From: Draconibacterium orientale
GTDB taxonomy: Bacteria > Bacteroidota > Bacteroidia > Bacteroidales > JAADGE01
Length of the DNA stretch: 11,330 bases
Direction of reading: 5' to 3'
NCBI GenBank assembly: GCA_022729995.1
Contig: DZBS01000103.1
Location: 1 to 11,330 of the forward strand
A program made the position numbers and the translations under genes. Below the pieces are notes generated by a model that ran no database searches, was not told the DNA's origin, and saw only the letters and a program-made list of their open reading frames with translations. Of the stretch, positions 7,393 to 11,330 are shown in pieces (the stretch's first letter is position 1; each line of letters starts with the position of its first letter).

Positions 7393-7693
7393 TTTTCATT
7401 TAATTTACAAAAAATTTCGTAAATTTATCTGTCAATTTTTGATAAATTGCATTTTTATAGAGTTAAATAAGTTGTTTTGTAGTTTAAAATTTGTTATTTG
7501 AAAGATAAAGGACTTTTATATCGTTTTGCAAGTAATTGAAAAATAACAATTTAAATATCTAAAACATATATTATTGAGATTGTTTTTTTTTTTTGGAAAA
7601 AAAGAATTTTATTTGCAATGAGTGTAATTATTAAAATATTTAAAGACATTGTTCGTTTATTAAGAAAAGATTTAGAATAAACTTATTATCATT

Positions 7694-7894
7694 ATGAAGA
7701 AAACTGTACTAAAAATTATTATTTTTTCCATATTCATTTTTATTCCGGCCTTGTATATAAGCGCAAGTGCTCAACCCGGACCGCCGGCGAATGAACCGAT
7801 TCCGATTGACGGCGGTTTAACATTTCTTATTATTGCCGGAGCAACTTATGGCGCTTCAAGAATTTATAAAGATCAAAAAAAAGAAAATTTATAA
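7694..7894 (+). CDS. Small exported protein of 66 aa made of a signal peptide plus a C-terminal sorting-signal-like tripartite tail (Pro-rich motif, transmembrane helix, basic tail), with no cargo domain.
   Basis: The sequence divides into three parts. MKKTVLKIIIFSIFIFIPALYISASA is a signal peptide. QPGPPANEPIPIDGGL is a Pro-rich motif. TFLIIAGATYGA is a hydrophobic helix, followed by the basic tail SRIYKDQKKENL. A strong intrinsic terminator follows at once, so this is a self-contained transcription unit and unlikely to be a spurious ORF. Confidence 0.6.
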   Translation: MKKTVLKIIIFSIFIFIPALYISASAQPGPPANEPIPIDGGLTFLIIAGATYGASRIYKDQKKENL

Positions 7895-7921
7895 AAAACT
7901 CGTAAAACACGAGTTTTTTTT
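7895..7921 (+). terminator. Rho-independent terminator for the 66-aa gene.
   Basis: The stem AAAACTCGT (7895-7903) pairs with ACGAGTTTT (7909-7917) around the loop AAAAC. A T8 run follows at 7914-7921, directly after the TAA stop. Confidence 0.7.
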
Positions 7922-7978
7922 ATCCTAATTTATTTCTTTAATTATTTCGGTTTAATAGCAATTAACAATATTTTTTCT

Positions 7979-7986
7979 TATATTTG
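7979..7986 (+). promoter_or_regulatory. Candidate Bacteroidota sigma-A -7 box (TATATTTG, matching TAnnTTTG) for the nfeD-flotillin operon.
   Basis: It is an exact match to the TAnnTTTG consensus, 29 nt upstream of the nfeD ATG. No Shine-Dalgarno sequence is present, and no convincing -33 TTTG was found. Confidence 0.4.
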
Positions 7987-8015
7987 AATAAACTAAAATA
8001 TAAGAAAATAATATT

Positions 8016-8597
8016 ATGAATTTAACTGATTGGTGGGAAGCATTAAGTCTGCTTCAAAAAGTATACTGGTTAATTGCATCTGTTTCAACTCTAATTTTTG
8101 TCATTTTATTAGGCTTAATGTTTATTGGCGGAGATTCAGAGGGTGTTGATTTTGATCACGACGGCGATGTTAGTTTGGCTCATGCAGACAGTATAGATCT
8201 TTTCTCTCTAAAATCTATTCTTGCATTTTTAATGTTTTTCGGTTGGAGCGGTTTAGCCGCAATTTCTTTAGGAATGAAATTTTGGTGGTTTTCGCTCGGA
8301 ATTTCATTTGTTATTGGTTTTATTATGATGTTTTTTACAGCTTGGGTAATTATGCTTTTGTATAGTTTGCAACAAGACGGAACAATGAAAATTAATAAAG
8401 CTGTTGGATTAACCGGCGAGGTTTATATTTCAATTCCCCCAAAAATGCAAGGACAAGGTAAAGTTGAAATTTTATTGAACGGTTCTTACAAAACTCTTGA
8501 TGCAGTAACAAGAGAATCTCAAGAAATCAAAATAAATTCAATGGTGCAAGTCATTGATGTTGAAGGAGACACTTTGGTTGTTATTCTTTCTGTATAA
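8016..8597 (+). CDS. NfeD-family membrane protein (short form), with N-terminal transmembrane helices and a C-terminal OB-fold beta-barrel. It is the partner of flotillin.
   Basis: Three hydrophobic helices are followed by a C-terminal beta-rich domain, GLTGEVYISIPPKMQGQGKVEILLNGSYKTLDAVTRE...VQVIDVEGDTLVV, typical of NfeD/YuaF-like proteins. It lies immediately upstream of a flotillin gene, which is the conserved pairing. Confidence 0.75.
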   Translation: MNLTDWWEALSLLQKVYWLIASVSTLIFVILLGLMFIGGDSEGVDFDHDGDVSLAHADSIDLFSLKSILAFLMFFGWSGLAAISLGMKFWWFSLGISFVIGFIMMFFTAWVIMLLYSLQQDGTMKINKAVGLTGEVYISIPPKMQGQGKVEILLNGSYKTLDAVTRESQEIKINSMVQVIDVEGDTLVVILSV

Positions 8598-8637
8598 AAA
8601 AAATTAAATCTAAAATAAACTCTAAAAAACTTTAATT

Positions 8638-10161
8638 ATGGAATTTTTTGTTGTAATAGGATTAATTGTAGTCCTCCTATTTTTAGGATTTTTCGCTTTT
8701 CTTGTTAAAAGATATAAAAGATGCCCTTCGGATAAAATTCTTGTTGTATACGGAAAAGTCGGCGGTACAGATAAAACCGCAAAATGTATTCACGGCGGTG
8801 CTGCTTTCATAATTCCCGTTATTCAGGATTATGAATTTTTGGATTTAACGCCCATACCTATTGAAGTTCCGCTCGAAAACGCATTAAGTCGTCAGAATAT
8901 TCGTGTAAATGTTCCTTCAAGATTTATGGTTGCAATTTCTACCGAACCCGGAGTTATGCAAAATGCTGCAGAAAGATTGCTTGGTTTAACTCAACAAGAA
9001 ATTCGACATTTAGCTGCCGATATTATTTTCGGACAATTGCGTGTTGTTATTGCCACAATGGATATTGAAGAAATTAATGCCGACCGTGAAAAATTTCTTA
9101 CAAATGTTTCGGCAAGTGTTGAGCACGAGTTAAGAAAATTAGGTCTAAAATTAATAAACGTAAACGTTACCGATATTACAGATGACGCCGGATATATTGA
9201 AGCTCTCGGAAAAGAAGCAACTTCACAAGCAGTTAACCAAGCCAAAAAACTTGTAGCCGAGAAAAACCGCGACGGTGAAATCGGAAGAGCTAATGCCGAA
9301 CAAGATCAAAGAATTCAGGTTGCAGAAGCAAATTCAAAAGCCGAAATCGGAGAAGCAGAAGCCGAACAAAGAAAAAGGTCAAATGTTGCAGAAGCAAATT
9401 CAAAAGCTCAAATTGGAGAAGCAGATGCCGACCAAAGAAGAAGAGTTAGTATTGCAAATTTGAATGCAACTGCAATTGAAGGAGAAAATCAAGCAAAAGT
9501 TCAAATTGCAATTACAAATGCAGAAAGAATGAAAAAAGAAGCTGAAGCTTTGAAAATTTCTATAACTGCCGAAAAAGTAAATGAAGCACAAGCAAAAGAA
9601 GCCTCATACATTGCCGAAAAAGCAGCAGAACTTCAACGTGCAGAACGTGAATCGGCAACTCAAAAAGCAAATATTATTGTTCCTGCCGAAATAGAAAAAA
9701 CAAGAATTGAAATTGACGCAGAAGCTCAAGCCGAAAAACTTAGAAGAATTGCAAGAGGTGAAGCTGATGCTATTTTTATGAAAATGGAAGCAGAAGCAAA
9801 AGGTTTGTTTGAAATATTATCGAAACAAGCAGAAGGTTTCAAACGTATGGTTGATTCTGCCGGAAATAATTCAAGAGATGCCGTTCTTATGATGATTGCC
9901 GACAAATTACCTGAACTTGTTAAACTTCAAGTAGATGCAATAAAAAATATTAAAATTGATAAAGTTACAGTTTGGGATTCGGGAAACGGAAACGGACAAG
10001 GTTCGTCAACTTCAAATTTCTTGAAAGGAATGGCAGGTTCCATTCCGCCGTTGGAAGATTTATTCAAAATGGCCGGAATGCAACTTCCTTCTTATTTGAA
10101 AGGTGAAAAAGATGAAATAACAACCGTAGAAGAAATTAAAGAAAACAAAACAAAAGGTTAA
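8638..10161 (+). CDS. Flotillin-like protein (SPFH/band-7 domain, FloT/YuaG-type).
   Basis: An N-terminal membrane hairpin (FFVVIGLIVVLLFLGFFAFLV) is followed by an SPFH domain and a long coiled coil with Glu/Ala-rich repeats (VAEANSKAEIGEAEAEQRKR / VAEANSKAQIGEADADQRRR). The 507-aa length matches B. subtilis FloT (YuaG, 509 aa). Confidence 0.9.
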   Translation: MEFFVVIGLIVVLLFLGFFAFLVKRYKRCPSDKILVVYGKVGGTDKTAKCIHGGAAFIIPVIQDYEFLDLTPIPIEVPLENALSRQNIRVNVPSRFMVAISTEPGVMQNAAERLLGLTQQEIRHLAADIIFGQLRVVIATMDIEEINADREKFLTNVSASVEHELRKLGLKLINVNVTDITDDAGYIEALGKEATSQAVNQAKKLVAEKNRDGEIGRANAEQDQRIQVAEANSKAEIGEAEAEQRKRSNVAEANSKAQIGEADADQRRRVSIANLNATAIEGENQAKVQIAITNAERMKKEAEALKISITAEKVNEAQAKEASYIAEKAAELQRAERESATQKANIIVPAEIEKTRIEIDAEAQAEKLRRIARGEADAIFMKMEAEAKGLFEILSKQAEGFKRMVDSAGNNSRDAVLMMIADKLPELVKLQVDAIKNIKIDKVTVWDSGNGNGQGSSTSNFLKGMAGSIPPLEDLFKMAGMQLPSYLKGEKDEITTVEEIKENKTKG

Positions 10162-10193
10162 TTTTATCTGTTTAAAAAATATAACAATTATAT

Positions 10194-10233
10194 AAAAGCT
10201 GTCATTTCCAATATTTATGAAATGACAGCTTTT
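10194..10233. terminator. Bidirectional intrinsic terminator between the convergent flotillin and SGNH hydrolase genes.
   Basis: A perfect 15-bp stem, AAAAGCTGTCATTTC (10194-10208) pairing with GAAATGACAGCTTTT (10219-10233), encloses a 10-nt loop. It is flanked by A/T runs on both sides. Confidence 0.75.
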
Positions 10234-10237
10234 AATT

Positions 10238-11008
10238 TTACAAATATTTTAAAATTTCATTTTTCCAAATCGAATAACCTTTTTCGTTTAAATGCAATTT
10301 ATCTTTAATAAAAATATCATCAATAATTTTTCCTTCCGAAGTCAACATTTTTGAGTAAACATCAATATATTTAATATAATCATAATTTTCTATATATGAT
10401 TTCAGCATTTTATTTGTTTCAATAAATTGTTGATTATATTCTTCTCTTGCCAATGAAGGTTTTATAGAAATGAAGTATATTTTAGTTTTGGGCAAATAAA
10501 AATGTATCATTTTTGAAAAAAGAATAAAAGTTTGTTTTACAGTTTCAGGCGAATTTTTATTCCATGCAATATCGTTTTCTCCTGCATAAAAAAATATTTT
10601 TTTGGGTTTGTATGGTAATACTATTTTAGGAGAATAAAATATTACTTCCGGAACAGATGAACCGCCAAAACCTCTGTTTATTACCTGAAATGGTGAAAAA
10701 TCTTGTTCTAAAGTTTTCCATTTTCGTATGCTCGAACTGCCGACAAAAAGTATTTGTCCGAATTTTATTCCGTTTATTGAATCTTCCTTTAAATATTTTT
10801 CTATTTCTATGTTGTATTTTGTAATGTTTGCTGTATCAACAATTTTTCCAAGTTCGGCAATCGTATTTAAATAATTATTTGTTGTATCAATAGTAATTCT
10901 AAGTGTATTTTTTTTTGATTTTTGGTCTGAATTTAAAGGTTTTGCAGTATTATTACATGAAAGAATTAATACCGAAAATGTAATAATTATTAAATTGAAA
11001 ATTTTCAT
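10238..11008 (-). CDS. SGNH/GDSL-family hydrolase (esterase/lipase-like) lipoprotein.
   Basis: Block I is FVGSSSI, with a Gly block in NRGFGGSS, a GxND block in YAGENDIA and a DxxH block in DKLHLN. The first in-frame ATG at 11008 gives the lipoprotein signal MKIFNLIIITFSVLILSCNNT. The track's start at 11050 is a TTG and would place the coding sequence over the upstream terminator hairpin. Confidence 0.8.
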   Translation of the reverse strand: MKIFNLIIITFSVLILSCNNTAKPLNSDQKSKKNTLRITIDTTNNYLNTIAELGKIVDTANITKYNIEIEKYLKEDSINGIKFGQILFVGSSSIRKWKTLEQDFSPFQVINRGFGGSSVPEVIFYSPKIVLPYKPKKIFFYAGENDIAWNKNSPETVKQTFILFSKMIHFYLPKTKIYFISIKPSLAREEYNQQFIETNKMLKSYIENYDYIKYIDVYSKMLTSEGKIIDDIFIKDKLHLNEKGYSIWKNEILKYL

Positions 11009-11033
11009 AATAAATTTTATTGTAAAATGATTC

Positions 11034-11068
11034 AAAAAAAAACTTCCCAAAAATAGTAAACTTTTGGG
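11034..11068 (-). terminator. Candidate intrinsic terminator for the CDGSH gene on the minus strand.
   Basis: The stem CCCAAAA (11046-11052) pairs with TTTTGGG (11062-11068) around a 9-nt loop. On the minus strand this is followed by AAG and U9, from the A-run at 11034-11042. It sits 27 nt downstream of the CDGSH stop. Confidence 0.5.
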
Positions 11069-11094
11069 ATTTGGGTTTTAGAATTCTTTAGATT

Positions 11095-11330
11095 CTATAA
11101 TGTTTTGTGAGTTCCGTCGCAAAAAGGTTTTTTTCCTGAATGTTTGCACATACAAATAGCCACTTTTTTGTTTTCTTCAACCGAAAACATTATTGGTTTA
11201 AAACTTGTAACTTTATGTGAACCGTCGCACAAACCCGATTCGTTTTTTGAATGTCCGCATGCACACCAAGCATATTGTTTGTTAGCTTCAAGTTCAACCA
11301 TAACGGGAGCTTTAGCTTTGATATTTGGTT
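11095..11330 (-). CDS. CDGSH-type iron-sulfur domain protein with two CDGSH motifs. The 5' end is probably truncated by the window.
   Basis: The two motifs are CACGHSKNESGLCDGSH and CMCKHSGKKPFCDGTH. The frame stays open upstream of the ATG at 11301 to the window end (...PNIKAKAPVMVELEAN). By analogy with other bacterial CDGSH proteins the true start probably lies beyond 11330. Confidence 0.8.
   Translation of the reverse strand, partial: PNIKAKAPVMVELEANKQYAWCACGHSKNESGLCDGSHKVTSFKPIMFSVEENKKVAICMCKHSGKKPFCDGTHKTL

Noticed and set aside
7421-7448. An 8-bp inverted repeat, AATTTATC-N12-GATAAATT, 29-56 bp upstream of the AMMECR1 start. It could be an operator.
   Set aside because: Short AT-only palindromes of this size are expected by chance at this base composition. 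No second copy or supporting feature was found.
7618-7680. A 20-codon ORF (MSVIIKIFKDIVRLLRKDLE) ending 13 bp before the 66-aa gene. It could be a leader peptide.
   Set aside because: Very short ORFs are abundant in AT-rich intergenic DNA, and there is no supporting signal. Not called.

Overview
This 11.3-kb window is very AT-rich and reads like chromosomal DNA from a Bacteroidota-type genome. The evidence: lipoprotein-style signal peptides with Cys shortly after the hydrophobic core, no Shine-Dalgarno sequences, and a TAnnTTTG -7-like box upstream of one operon. Eleven genes are called, two of them truncated by the window edges.

On the minus strand, positions 1-7392 hold:
- a truncated PAS-domain protein,
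- an 808-aa soluble multi-PAS hybrid histidine kinase/response regulator,
- a secreted hypothetical protein,
- a small lipoprotein,
- a complete three-gene AmmeMemoRadiSam cassette: an AMMECR1-domain protein, a PflA-like radical SAM enzyme, and a Memo-like protein with a PHAGY motif.

On the plus strand, positions 7694-10161 hold a 66-aa protein followed by its own terminator, then an NfeD-family membrane protein and a flotillin (SPFH) gene. The 66-aa protein consists only of a signal peptide plus a C-terminal sorting-signal-like tail. A 15-bp-stem bidirectional terminator separates this block from a convergent SGNH/GDSL hydrolase lipoprotein gene and a CDGSH iron-sulfur protein gene, both on the minus strand; the CDGSH gene runs off the 3' window edge.

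The most unusual non-coding structure is the 577-bp gene-free interval 3785-4361. It contains a ~36-bp repeat present as three tandem copies with an exact 50-bp period plus one inverted copy about 200 bp upstream, and the inverted and direct copies bracket a 37-codon ORF. A 19-22-nt motif (TTTCTTAAATR-CTAATT and flanks) recurs at three intergenic sites nearby. A perfect 15-bp inverted repeat with a 49-nt spacer lies between the radical SAM and Memo genes.

Four ORF-track N-termini depend on TTG starts, at 4853, 5737, 6871 and 11050. The lipoprotein, Memo-like and SGNH genes are re-called here at the first in-frame ATG (4790, 5707, 11008). For the radical SAM gene the ATG at 6865 is preferred and the TTG at 6871 remains a possible alternative.
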